From Tubulanus polymorphus (Eukaryota; Animalia; Nemertea): DNA of 64,000 bases. The position numbers and the translations under genes are program-made. Position 1 is the first letter of the stretch. Every line of letters starts with the position of its first letter. Positions 25,501 to 38,848 of the stretch are shown in pieces. The stretch lies in NCBI RefSeq assembly GCF_964204645.1, contig NC_134033.1:12718655-12782654 (forward strand), in the 5' to 3' direction. Below the pieces are notes generated by a model that did not search any database, was not told the origin of the DNA, and was given only the letters and a program-made list of their open reading frames with translations.

Positions 25501-28500
25501 TGCTCTGTATACAGTGTGTTTGTGTATGAATATCATGTCTAAATCACCAACGCGATGAAATGATGAATTACGGATGAATTACATTCTAATCAAATTAACA
25601 ATCGACTGACTAAAACGAAAACATTGCAATTAATAAATTAATGAAATTAGATTGCCTCCACGCAACCTTCACCTCATGCAATGTGTCATTAAGTGGGGTA
25701 TAAGTTACAGACACTTCTAAATCTATTTTAGGGATTTTCAGACGCTTATTTAGTCGTGAATTGGGGAAGTTTAGTTAACATTACCGCTTGCATTAGAATT
25801 AGGGAGTTTCACATTACGTGTTACGCTTCTAGACGATATAAGAAACTTTCTAAAACCTACCCGTCGCTGAAGGCGCCCTTCCATTCACCTTCGCCCCACG
25901 GGTTTCGACATCGAATCATGCGTATTTTCTCCTGGTTGAATATGCCGAGTAAACCGGTGCCGTCGAGCGGCACGCGTTTAACGGCCGTGATACCGTACGC
26001 GTGACCCTTCACGAGACCCATATCTGTCTGCGCTTCCATTTCTTCGGCAGACGCCGCCTGTGTGTCAGGGAAAACGAGAAATAATACCATATTGACGTAT
26101 GCAAATTAGTACAGGCATCAGCCTGGACCCTGCGCACCCTTAAGATATTTGTCCACAATTAAGTTCTCAACATCACTGCAGACATTGAATATGAACTAAA
26201 AACACAAGGCACGAGACATTTTATCAGCACGCTTTGAAAAACTGGCCATCCACAGTTTACATGTGTTCAGTAAATTACGTGAGACATTTCTAATGGACGA
26301 ACAAATGAACTCAAAACGAAAGACATTGAACATTTTATCAGCACACTTTAAAATAAATAATCAATCCATTCATGCCTACACTGCATTAACGCAGCCTTTA
26401 CATTTGGCCCCAGATTTTTCATTTTATTGAATTCGGCAAATCAGAATCCGGTTGATTTTATTCATTTATATACGTACGGGTATAGCGGCCGCCATCAGCG
26501 ATTTGTGTTCCATTTCTTTATACATCATCTCGAAGAGCTCGGATCGAGCGGTCTCGTCGGTGGCGTAGTGACCGGCGACCAGATCGAGCGGCTCGGCGAC
26601 GCCCGACGTGAAATCGACGAGAGCCTCGGACAGATCGCCGCCGTCCAGCGCTTCGTAACATCCGAATAATCTACGGAAGAAAATGAGAGAATTTCGGAAA
26701 TCGAGCGACTGCAATTTGAGCGTTGAACCCGGTTTAAAACCCTTTAAGTGCTGACCAAAAAATTCTGGAGATAATTTGAAAATGTAGAGAGTGCAGCCAA
26801 TCCCACTGGCCTTCATTGCAGGACCGAGTATGCTAGCTCTGTTAGCTCTCCCCTTGGTATCATTCTTTCAGACTTAGGCTAAACAAAAATGATACCTTGT
26901 TTCTCCGCAGCGGCCGGGTCATTTTTGTAAAATATGATAAAATTTGTAAACAGTTCACTTCTATAGCGGCCGGGTCTGTTATGGTAAAATTGATCACGAT
27001 TTTAAAAAAAGTAACGTATAGGGTAGATAGGCGACCGGCCGGGTCAACATTTAAGCTCAGCAGAGCGGAGAAACAAGGTATCAATTTTTTTTAGCCTTAT
27101 ACAACTTTTTCTTACGCTTTTGAGAAATTGAACGTGAAACGAGATCGGACGCTGAAATGATGTACTCACTTAGCGTAGGCTTTCTCCAGCAGAGCGCTCC
27201 AGAATTCGTTACGACTTTGCGAATGACAGAAGATCAATTCGTTGTTCAACGTCGGCAGAAAGTCGTCGACGACGACGTCGATCCATTCTCCGTAACGCCA
27301 GAATCGAAAGTGGAAAATACCGGCGTAATTCTCCGGCTTCTCGTCGTCCCATTCCTGCGACTTGTGATCAGGTATTACCTGTGGTATAAACAAATCACGT
27401 TTAATTTCGATGTATTAAATTAGGCAGCCAGAAAAATTCACCCCAATCAGTCGCTTGCCGGTTCAGACTGGTTGGGAGATTGTTTGAATGAACCAGAACC
27501 TAATTTCCAATTATGTAGGCCTACTTCGATTTAAAAAAAATTCTGTAAATTAGACCGCCGATCACGCAACTATATCTGTACTTCGATTTCCGATTTCAAA
27601 ATCAAACCCCCCGGTTTCGCTCCCGACAGGTGTGGTGGGTCTGTAAGGGTCACTCAATCAAAAAATCAACGAAATTTACTAACCAAATAAACAACAGGGA
27701 CAATCCCTATTTCAAGATCAAAACCAGTGCTGACTTATTTATACCCGAAAGTGCTCGGTAAGCGAGGTGATTTACTTCCAGAACCAGTAAGCATTCACAC
27801 ACAATTGTTTGACCAGTGCTCAAATTTGACATGGACCTCGTTTGACGTTTTTTAGCTGGGTCAAATATGGCCAGGGTCAAAAAGGCTCCACGCGATCAGC
27901 ACTTTACGGATTTTGCTTGAAAAGTAAGTTACACTAATGAAAAGGGGCTTTACTTAAGAGAAGCATGCAGTGAACTCTTTATCCTTAAATCTGAAAGAAA
28001 ACGCGAGGCTGCTTACCTGATGCCAAATCTCTTTATACAACGTCAGACAAGAGCACGACGCAACAAACCAACAATTACCCAATCGACCTTGATGCACGTC
28101 ACCCGAGCTGACTCCTTCGACGAACAATTTCGGATTCGGACTGATATCCTAAATCATACAACCGATAAAATTCAGTTAATAGTTAACAGATATTTCTAGA
28201 CAGAAAAAGGTTAGGCCCTAAATTGACTTCACAGAAAGGAAGACAGCTTCAAAAAAAACATTTCATTACTCTTTGACAAGTTTTGCCCATTTCCAGTAAG
28301 GTAGTAATTTCAACAAATTTCTTATTACTTATCCCCGATTTTTAGCATAATTCCCTGAGTTTTTTAAAGAAAAGAAAATCCCCGACTTTTTCCTGATTTC
28401 CGGGTAAGTGGTCGCCGTGTAGCCTAGTATGAGTCAAAACGCAGTCTAAAAGTTACCAGAAATGCTTAAAACACAAATCGGTCGCAATAGAAAAGGATAT

Positions 28501-30502
28501 TAACTTTTTCATAGTTTCAATGATAGAACATATACATTGTAGACTATAGTTGGCTTAAATTGACGAATTTCAAATTGAACATGTGAATACACAATATCGA
28601 GTCGCGTCGAAGACAGATGTTTAATAAATATACGGAGTATCGATCCGAACATGACTGGACTGCGGAAACCCCCCTCAACAATTATAAAGCCACAAAACTA
28701 ATCTATAAATTCACTCGACGCTCCTAGTCTGTACTGTATAATATAGGTTATTTATTGTAAATCACTTATTCGCAGATGTCGCGAAAAAGATCGTTTCTCA
28801 CAACTATAGGATCAATACGAGACTGTACGCTTTACTTTATTCTCGTGAAAATAAATCCGATACTCAATACTACAGTAGTCATAGTTAAAGCCCAACCGTT
28901 CCAACCGTGTTCCAAATGTGTTCCAACCGTTGCATGAATTCCAAATTCCCAAGTTTTTCCCAAGCCTCATAGGTGTTTTTTCAATTTTTCCAAATGGAAA
29001 TGGAGCCTTTGTAAGTAAGGCTCTTTTTAAGTACTCGATGTACGTATCTGGCTCCTGGAATTCTGAAAAAATAATCAAATCTAAAAAAAAAATATATTTT
29101 TAAAATCTTTTTTAGTCCTCCATGTTTTCATGACAATTTTTCCAAAAATATTTTTTTTGATACGTCCATCTTGATTTTCAACCCAGATATTTACAAAGGT
29201 TATTTATGCTCATCTTAATTTTCGATCTCGCCATTTGCCAAAAAATTAGTTATTTTTATTTCTCCCATCATTTGAATCAAATTCATAACAATTTTCACTC
29301 TTTTTTATTTTTTCTGGAGTCCTTCCGAGGTTTTATGTGAATAATACCCAAATGATACAAAAATTTTATCTTCGTTTTTTCCTGTTCCATTCATGAATTA
29401 CCAACACCCAAAATGGAAAATTTCCAAGCCTAAATGAATTTTAGCGATTTTCTATTCAATATCTCCGAATTTGAATAATGTTTACAATATGCGATAAAAA
29501 TATTTTAAAATAACGAAATGAAAATTAGGACGACTCCATTTTTTTCACCGCTCCAGCGGTATTAGAGTTATGGTATCCTGCGTATTACATAAATTCTGAT
29601 ATACTGTGACAGATGTAACGACAATTACCAATGAAACAAAGACAAATGCACAACAGCTTCGAAAACCGAACAAAACAAAAATTCTCTGCACGATTCAAAT
29701 CTATAATTGCTAAACATTTACATCATATTCCATATAATTCTCATCTGTGTGTGTGGATGAGATTGACACATTTTATTATGACTAATTCAGGATTTGAGTT
29801 GAGTAACTTTAATTCCACCAAGAACAGACATGAAAAATTTTTTTTTGTGTTTTCATCATGATTTTTCATATAAAGAAAAATATTTTCCCTCAATATTTTT
29901 GTTCACATTTTTTATCTAATGATCTTCATTTTGTCCATCATTTGAATTCAACACCTCACAATTTTCAGTCCATTTAATATTTTAATTCTACGCAGTCCTT
30001 CTGAAATCTTACGATATTACATTTCATATTTCTTGCAACCATGATCCAGTTGTCATGCTATGCCGCACGCAGAGGGCCAGCAGGATGCAATAAACATGGA
30101 AATCGCAAAGATTAAGCTTATGCCTGCAAAACCTTAAACTTACAAAAAACCACTTTCCACTGGCGATTGCTACAGAGTATATCTCCTCTCTAAGAAGATA
30201 ATAATGCTGATATGACCATAAAAAAGCAGGACCAGGTGAACGAAATGAAAATAATTTGATGAAAATAATTTTCCTGAAAAATGGGCTTGGCTGGCACGAA
30301 ACTGAATAAAAGACGTTGGACCTACCTTTGGACGCTTCCACACGACGCCGGCGAGTTTTCCTTTCGTATAAAACAAACTCTTGTCGTCCGGAGGGAACTC
30401 GCTGTCGATGAATAGATGTCCGCTTTCCTGCGATTGTTTCTTCAGTTTGTGAAACTCCTGCGCTTTAAACGGCCGAGGCGATTCGAATAATCCGAACACC
30501 AT
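13544..30502 (-). CDS. CAPN5: Calpain-5 (TRA-3-like; CysPc, domain III, C2)
   Basis: Exons (approximate): 30502-30326, 28148-28017 (QGRLGNCW catalytic Cys), 27378-27170, 26671-26479, 26058-25861 (GHAY His, RNPWG Asn), 19190-19113, 18942-18762, 18386-18276, 18123-17928, 17442-17321, 14331-14191, 13729-13544. C-terminal C2 domain (GADPYCII...NPVWD...DEFMG) and no penta-EF hand. Confidence 0.95.
17852..17908. repeat. 19-bp tandem repeat x3
   Basis: Unit cggatcaactgatcctcag; each unit is internally palindromic. Confidence 0.8.
20638..21040. mobile_element. MITE-like element with a second MITE nested at about 20809-20970
   Basis: Outer imperfect IR cccgac..actgc..ctacc..ccaccaggtggc. Inner IR atcatttattaattacgta...tacgtaataaatgaatgat. 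Confidence 0.55.
21057..22569 (-). CDS. Candidate alternative calpain-5 exons (117-nt exon plus NPF-repeat terminal exon)
   Basis: Exon 22569-22453 is open in phase 2-2 and matches the calpain donor at 25861. Exon 21436-21057 has a cag acceptor and encodes four NPF-acidic motifs. Confidence 0.55.
26877..27096. mobile_element. PIF/Harbinger-type MITE (inverted copy of 11581-11803)
   Basis: Same TIRs, with TTA on both sides. Confidence 0.85.
27405..27690 (+). repeat. Dispersed repeat family (other copies about 49684-49880 + and 63688-63930 -)
   Basis: Shared blocks gcttgccggttcagactggttgg and actatatctgtacttcgatttccgattt. Confidence 0.7.
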
Positions 30503-31812
30503 GTTTTACTTTTTAACCCTGAAATATAATTTTAAAAAGAAAATCATTAAATCGAGTGGATAGGGTAGAAATTTGGTCCTTCTACAGATCAGTCATGACC
30601 TGTAGATGGAAATTTCAAATAAGTGTCTGCATCACTTTCATATTACCCTCCCCCAAATACAATTTTTTACTATCTAGACCTGGGATACTTCAACTTCTCC
30701 GTTGTGGGTTTTTATTTCAAATAGTAAGATACAGTCTCTTTACAAAGAGCACTTCTCAACATCATTGCGCAACTTCAAATACATGATCGAAAAACATGAG
30801 ACAAATCCCGAGCCAGTCAGACAAAAAAACAGAACCTTCAACAATCAAATTGAATTTCGATTCAACAAGATTGAACCCGTCCGCGGCCGGTCGGTCGGTG
30901 TGTACTGTGTGTGCCTGTGGGGCCACACCCACGACAAGAATTTAATGACAGTAAATAATTAGGTGAGGTTTAACTATAACTGTATATAGAGGACCTAAAG
31001 TGGTTGTTTCATTATCAAACTGACACAAACCTCAGTCACAATCCTCGTAAAATACTAATAAATGTCAGACTTTATTTGACAGATTCCTTCTTAAATTTTT
31101 ATTTCCGGGTTAATCGCGCTAACTACCGCGCGAGACCGTCATACGTTTCATGGTTTGACGGATGCGAACGAGTACGTATGTAATCTAACTATTTATCGCA
31201 ATGGTCCGACGTATTTTCAAATGGGATGCAGCGGGCCGCAAAATTCCGAGACGTCCACACGAACTATCCGGATCCCTTTCGCCTTTTCGACTCTTAGCCG
31301 TATATTGAACCTTTGATGAAAACGAAAGACAATAATAAATAAATTTCTAATTTTGATATAAAATAGCAGTAGTGTACACTGGCTAATTAGTGTTTAGTGT
31401 TCAGGTGTGGTGAGAACCCAAAAAATAGAGTCAGAACAAGTAGAGGTTTAAGTCTGAAATATTGCCTTGAACGAGAAGTTTATTATTCAAAATTTCGACT
31501 GCATCCAAATAGTCACATCTAATGTTGTAACAAAACTATGAGATACACACACGATCCAGCAGAACACACTACGTGATACAAACTAGGGCAGTACCCGTAA
31601 TATACATACAGTTACATACTAAATAAATCTCTATTGGACCCTATTTTTTAATAGTGTGGAGTTTAAATTATTGCAAATTCTACATGCAGTATAAGAACCA
31701 TAGGGCCAGAATAGGGCCAGCCCGGTAGCAGCGACAGTCGACAGCCTAGTATAGTTCTAATTAACCTTATCATAATCTGCTTGTTATAATCCTGTTTTAT
31801 CAAACACATTAA

Positions 31813-32008
31813 AGCCCAACGCACACGGCAAAACATTTGTTTCGCCGAAACAGAAAACACGTTTTTCAGAAAACGTTTTTTGCTCGTGAAAAACGTTTTT
31901 CAGTTCGGCGTTTTGTGTTTTGCATCCCCCGCACACGGCATAACAAAAAACATCGAACACGTTTTTTCAGGAGGAAAAAACTTTTTTCGGTACTGTGTGC
32001 GTTGGGCT
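31813..32008. mobile_element. MITE with TTAA target duplication (Kolobok/piggyBac-like target)
   Basis: TTAA|agcccaacgcaca...tgtgcgttgggct|TTAA. Confidence 0.75.
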
Positions 32009-33084
32009 TTAAGGTTCATATTTTGAAAATTAATTAACACTAATAATAGTGTGTAATATGTAATATGACGAAAATCTTGTGTACAATAAATAATGCACTT
32101 GTAAAGACTAATTCTCTTCCAAGGAATACCATTTCTGATAAACTGTATTGGCTTTCAATCTAATAATCTCAACATTAAACATTATAATGTACTATTTTTA
32201 GAAATGATAAATAACATAAATTTTTCTTGTAACGTACATTCATAAACATGTACAATAACGCGTATTTGTTTAGAAAGCTAAATCCTATACAGTCAAGCCC
32301 CGATATACCGCCCACATCGGTAATTAGGGATTTTGTTTATTGCTCATCTTCATGTCTTCAGATCATGGTTTTCCAAGACTCAACCTATCGGATTATTGAA
32401 CCTCACGACAGGACAAACTTTGTAGTGTTGCCTGCGTTCTGTACTCAGCCAGCAGGACTCGGGTCCACTTGTCACTCCGTAGTGATAGTGAATTCAACAA
32501 CATCCTGCCTTATTCCGCTGAGTCACCCACTCCTTCGGGGATATGGAGAGTACAGCGGTTAAAGGGTTTAATTTTAACTAGTTGCAAGATAAAATACAGA
32601 TGTTCCGTCCTCAGAAAAATCCTGGCATTAGACAGCGCAGCGGACTATTAGGGAGATATACTGGGGGTTGACTGTATTAGTATATACAATTCAAGTAGGT
32701 ATACATAAATAAATCAATAATAGATAGAAATATAATAACACATCATATCACAGCATGTCACGATCACATCACTGATTTGCTGCCATTTTTATACCAATAC
32801 AAAGGGGCAAAAAACAAGTACTCATGATGAGGTATCTTCTGTGTGGCTAAATACGGAGTGAAGGTTCAATAAGCATTCGAGCTCAGTAAATAAAATTATC
32901 ACCACAGAAATCAAATTCTGCCTTACACAGTAGCAGTTGAGAATAATCAGGAAAATAGAAGGTTTTGTTCAAATTCAAATTCCCAAGATTTTATCCCGAT
33001 TTTCAAGAAAATAGTCAGAATTTGCCGTAGAATAAATCCAGAATCTCCTGATCTTTGACAGATCTGTCAGAAACCGTGTATATT

Positions 33085-36000
33085 TTACGAACTGCTCGCC
33101 GCCAGTATGCTAGCGTACATTTTTCCGCCAGTTCCGAGCGCTTGTTTCAGATGATCGGGGACACCCGTCGTCTGGCCAGCCGCTGCACCCAACAACGCAC
33201 CTAACGCTGCTCCTCGATGACAGCATTCACCTGAAACAATAAGAAATATTTTCAGATAACTTTGTATACTTATAAGGAGACCCTGCTCACATAACTACAT
33301 TTAGCAGGGAGGGATCCAAGGGGACTTGAGACCACTTGTATAAATAAGTCCATCGATCTTTTTTGAGCGCCCTTATTCATTGTGTGAACAAAGATAATGT
33401 GCCTTTCAGTGTGGAGGAAAGCATCGACTGCCTTTGCAGACATCAAAGTTTTCTTTTGAAACTTGACAAGTTCTTCGAAATCAACCTTCAGCACAGGAGT
33501 ACATCTAATATCGCCTATTTTAGACATCAGAGTCCTGTTCCACAGTTCAGAGTTAAGATTTGACTCTGAGTTGACTCATTGAAAGTGAACTAAATTTAAC
33601 TCAGAGTTAACTCTAACTCACGACTCTATGGAACTGGGTCCAGGGTCCTGTTCGACAGTTCAGAGTTAAGATTTGACTCTGAGTTAACTCATCGAAAATG
33701 AACTAACTTTAACTCAGAGTTAACTCTAACTCACAACCGTGGAATTGGATCCTGAGTGCCATTTTCGGATGTAACAAGTCCTTCAAAATTGGCCTCTGTA
33801 TCCGGTCCTGTTTAGAGTGAAATATTCATAAAACGTACCTCCAACATTAGCGTTCATTAAGAGTCCGGCCTCGCAGTTGTCATGGAATGTCAGCGCTAAC
33901 AGTAACATCGAACTCATAGCGCCTTTAATGTAGCACGGCAATCCGAGGTCGGCGACAGCTTCCTGATACGCTTCAATCTGCTCTTCAGACCCCGTTTCAA
34001 ACCTTATGTAGAACACACAAATTTGTTAATCAATTAAACATGGCTGCTATATGACAACATCGACAATGGGATACCAGCAACGCTAGTGGATCAATTTCTA
34101 GTAAAATAGAAACCATTAACTGAGTGAGAAAGCAAATTTTATATCCATCTGATGACTTGATAATTTTCGAATTTGGAAGCCTAAAAATCAAGTTCATATT
34201 TCATTGAAAATTAACTGATCTTCACTACGAATGACCAAATGTGCTGTGGCGCCATCTTGTGAGTGTAAAAGATGGCTGCTATGTATCTAAAAATTTCAAC
34301 AATTAAAGATGACTGCTATCTGACATTTATGTCAATTCAATATGGCGGCTATATATGTTTAATTACCAATATTCGATAATTCTCAAACTCAAATTTGTTA
34401 TTTCGAGCAACTCTTATTTCCTAAAAAAGAATTCTACCCCGCTCCTTCAAGTAAAACGAATGACATAAACGAAATTAGTCACTTACTCGAGAACCATTTT
34501 ATTGTAGTTGATGATTTTCTTCGTCACAGTTTGGTCGTACAACCCGGAAGAGAGAACTTGCGTGATCGAGTCTTTCAGATTTTTACCGTTGCACACGTCT
34601 CGTAGCATGCGAGCGTACGCCTCGAGGTACGGTACCAACGTCTTAACGGGATGCGTCAACTTGACGAAGTCGACCACGTTTTTAACGCATTCGTTCTCCT
34701 CCAGGTGGCTGTAGTGTACGATCCAAGGTACGGCCATGACGAACGCACCGATGGACGGAAGTTGACCGTCTTCCGGTTTGCCTAGCATATCATTCGACCT
34801 GATTGAAAAATTTGAGAAACAAAAATATAATGACGTTCCACATTTAACAAGCAAATTGAATGGGAATTAATAGAAATAGGCTCGTAGACGACTTAAGAAA
34901 CGATGACTGTACAGTAGACTCTGCCTCGAATAAGATGGCTAAAGTGAGACGATGACCTGCCCAGTTAAGACTTTAATAGTAAACTCCACATGCCCCAGAC
35001 ACAATTTCAAAAATCTTCAATTCATGCCGATCTGACCATCCCATAATTTGCTGCTTTCTTGGCAGTCAATATAGGCCTATCAGTCCTACAAATGCAGAAT
35101 CTACTGTATTTGTAGTTCATGTATTCTGAGTTTGATTCACATTATGAATAAGGTACACAGTCGAAAACACTGCCGTATTTTATGACATTTTTTACACGAG
35201 ATTGAAAAATAAATCTATAGAATCTGATTCTACCTGGTTTCGGCAAATGTCAGAAGTTCTGCGGCCGCTTTCGGAGGCGAAGAACACATCGACCAATCTT
35301 TGAAGAACAGACGATGAAAAGACTCGGCGTACGTGTCGTTGTGCGTTCCGGGAGTCGTCATGAATTCGACGTAGTCGGCCATGACCGCCGCGCGAGTCTC
35401 GGCAGACGGATTCTGACCGGCGGCGTCGACTCGTCGTAACGTCTGCAGAACTCGCAACGAACACAAACTGTTCAAAGTGCTATCACCAGCAGCCATACCT
35501 GTCAATAAACAACTACTTAATCAGTTTCAGGATTGGCACTCCGGTACAAATCTAGCCTACTGCCGTTGAAAATCGGTACTTGAAAATAGATTGTATCGAA
35601 TATAAAAAGAGCGAGAATCATCCTTATTTCAAGATCAAGAACACCCAAATAAATCCATATTTTTCCAGTAAAAATTGAAAATAAAAGTTGGCAGGCAGTT
35701 CAATCTTTCAAAACTGTCACCAAACTTATGTTAACGTTGTCCCACTCTTAAGCAGTTTACCTTGATGATAATGCGTTCCACGGTCATTACTCTGCCAGTA
35801 TTTCAACTTATCGTGTAGAATGATGTTGCCGATGATGGGAGCGGATGGTTTAGAAGCACCGTGTCGTCCGGAACCATCTGCAAAACAAGAATTTCTTATT
35901 CAACGAGCTGTAACCGTATTAATTGATTGATACCTGGGTTGAAAGTCTAACTATCTAATAAGTGGATTTTTAGCTAGATTGTGACATTCATCACTAACTG

Positions 36001-36496
36001 GGTTAAGTGTCTTTGACTGTCATGGCTTTAGACCTGTCTAAGACCAAGTCTGTTCCCGATCTAACAATGTTTAAACATAAATTTGATGCCAAATTCAGAC
36101 TACTTACCTAAGTCTTGACTATAGAACTAGCCTCAGGTTATGACCCTTAATAAAATCTGGGTCATGGACCTTGACCAATAACTAGTTCATGAGACCTTAG
36201 CTTTAACCAATAAATAGGTTGTAACCTTAACCCTGTTCTAATGCGGCGGAAAAACCTTTTTCAACAAATGACAAAAGGCTCTTACTCCGAATACAGATGA
36301 ATAAATCGATTCAATTCTTACCAGTAGCCGATAAGGATAAGATACAGGAAGGGTGACGTATGCACGGTGGTCTGTAAGTTGTGATCCAACCGTTGTATAA
36401 ACGTTTAATATCCGGAGGCCGATAAAACCAATGAACCGGCATCGATAGACTATCAGCTACGAGCATTCCCCATATCGCTTCAATCTTAGTTGCCAT
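33085..36496 (-). CDS. ADP-ribosylglycohydrolase family protein (DraG/crystallin-J1-like fold)
   Basis: Six exons at about 36496-36322, 35877-35761, 35498-35234, 34798-34495, 34002-33839 and 33230-33085. Motifs WGMLVADSLSMPVHWFY, HYHQGMAAGDSTLN, HNDTYAE and NANVGGECCHRGAALGALLGA. Confidence 0.85.
33531..33752. repeat. Two tandem copies of a ~110-bp palindromic MITE-like repeat
   Basis: gtcctgttccacagttcagagttaag...ctctaactcac..tggaactgggtcc twice. Related sequences occur near 11360-11457 and 16110-16215. Confidence 0.7.
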
Positions 36497-36722
36497 CGCT
36501 GCACTGCGTTATTCCCAATACCGTACGAGGCAACTGCAGAAGAAATAGATATATTACATAACAGATGTCAGCGACATGGATGGCAATAAAGTGTCGGCAA
36601 CATGTTTTAACCTGTCAGCAGGGCCGTCGGAAGGAAAATTTCTGTGGGGCAGCAATTATATTCATGAACTGATAAAGCTGTATTACAGCGAAGGCGTGAA
36701 GCCCAGGTCTAGGGGTCCTCCC

Positions 36723-36845
36723 TAGTTAGTTACCTAACTAGTTTCACAGTCGGATATTTTCACAAACCACATATAACCGTTGGTATAAGCCCATCTGATT
36801 ATAAAAAGCTTACCACCAACGATTAGCTGATTAGGTAACTAACTA
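36723..36845. mobile_element. Short MITE with 15-bp TIR
   Basis: tagttagttacctaa...ttaggtaactaacta. A longer copy lies at 59043-60039. Confidence 0.75.
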
Positions 36846-37599
36846 CTGAAATGAAAGATATGTCAGTGGTAAGTTGTAATGGCACCTCTGAGGAAAGTTT
36901 GTTATTTTGTAGGATTTTACATTTTTTGAATAAATAAATTCTGGATTTTAAAATTCTTTTATTTTTAGTGGGTTTTTTATCGTATTGAGATTTGAGACTG
37001 AGACTATTATGCAATGCAAATTGCAATGCTGAAATTATTGTAAACATTTTTTGGGGATGACATTACCTTCAAGGAACCAAGGAGCAAATACGAATTTTTA
37101 ATACGAATCTCAGAATAAAACGAAACAGGTTAAACTGCAGCTATGCAGCATGTCCCGTGAGAGGACCTGGGGCCTGTGACGGGACAAGGATGTCCCGTCA
37201 CAGGCCGCGATGGAAAATGAAAACTTTGCATTTCGTAGACGAAATGTCGAAAGAAACTGCACTCGATTGGTTACTATATACACTCAAAATAATGTTAAGA
37301 ACATGTTAATAATCGAAATTTGTTCGTAATTTTATTATTTCAGATCAATGATATCATCAAATCGAAACATTAAATGTAATAATGAAGATCGGATCAAGAG
37401 AAGACAGAACCACAGCTATCGAAATTTCAATTTTTAGTGTATAGACTGACTCATACTATCGAAAATAAAGTGAATGTATCTTGACAATTTTGGTGCCAAT
37501 GGTGTTAGTAACCGTTTGTTAAGCGTTACACTGCAAACAAAAGTAAAAGTGGAGGGGGCAACTTAATGGCCCTAGATCACTCTCGAGAGAGAATTCAAA

Positions 37600-38772
37600 G
37601 TGAGGGACCCGATTCAACACACTGTCCCGTGAGAAGACCCGATTCAACTTACTGTCCCGTGAGAGGACCCGATTTCAAATACTGTCCCGTGAGAGGACCC
37701 GATTCAACACACTGTCCCGTGAGAGGGCCCGATTTTAAATACTTTCCCGTGGGAGGACTCGATTCAACACACTGTCCCGTGAGAGGACCTGATTCAACAC
37801 ACTGTCCCGTGAGAGGACCCGATTTCAAATAATGTCCCGTGAGAGGGCCCGATTCAACACACTGTCCCGTGAGAGGACCCGATTTTAAATACTGTCCCGT
37901 GAGAGGACCCGGTTCAACACACTGTTCCGTGAGAGGGCCCGATTTTAAATACTGTCCCGTGAGAGGATCCGATTTTGAATACTGTCCCGTGATAGGGCCC
38001 GGTTTCAAATAATGTCCCGTGAGAGGGCCCGATTCAACTCACTGTCCCGTGAGAGGGCCCGATTTTAAATACTGTCCCGTGAGAGGACCCGATTTTGAAT
38101 ACTGTCCCGTGAGAGGGCCCGGTTTCAAATAATGTCCCGTGAGAGGGCCCGATTCAACACACTGTCCCGTGAGAGGACCCGATTTTAAATACTGTCCCGT
38201 GAGAGGACCCGGTTCAACACACTGTTCCGTGAGAAGACCCGATTCAACACACTGTCCCGTGAGAGGACCCGATTTTAAATACTGTCCCGTGAGAGGACCC
38301 GATTTTAAATACTGTCCCGTGAGAGGACCCGGTTCAACACACTGTCCCGTGAGAAGACCCGATTCAACACACTGTCCCGTGAGAGGACCCGATTTTAAAT
38401 ACTGTCCCGTGAGAGGACCCGGTTCAACACACTGTCCCGTGAGAAGACCCGATTCAACACACTGTCCCGTGAGAGGACCCGATTTTAAATACTGTCCCGT
38501 GAGAAGACCCGATTCAACACACTGTCCCGTGAGAGGACCCGATTTTAAATACTGTCCCGTGAGAGGACCCGATTTTAAATACTGTCCCGTGAGAAGACCC
38601 GATTCAACACACTGTCCCGTGAGAGGACCCGATTTTAAATACTGTCCCGTGAGAAGACCCGGTTCAACACACTGTCCCGTGAGAGGACCCGATTTTAAAT
38701 ACTGTCCCGTGAGAAGACCCGGTTCAACACACTGTCCCGTGAGAGGACCCGATTTTAAATACTGTCCCGTGA
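37600..38772 (+). repeat. 30-bp minisatellite, about 39 units (left arm)
   Basis: Unit actgtcccgtgagaggacccgatt(caacac/ttaaat). Confidence 0.97.
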
Positions 38773-38848
38773 GCCAAAAGTTGTTGAATGAGTATCTTTA
38801 TGACGAATAGTGAATATTGGTGGAATATTTCTCTATTTTGATTTGTAG

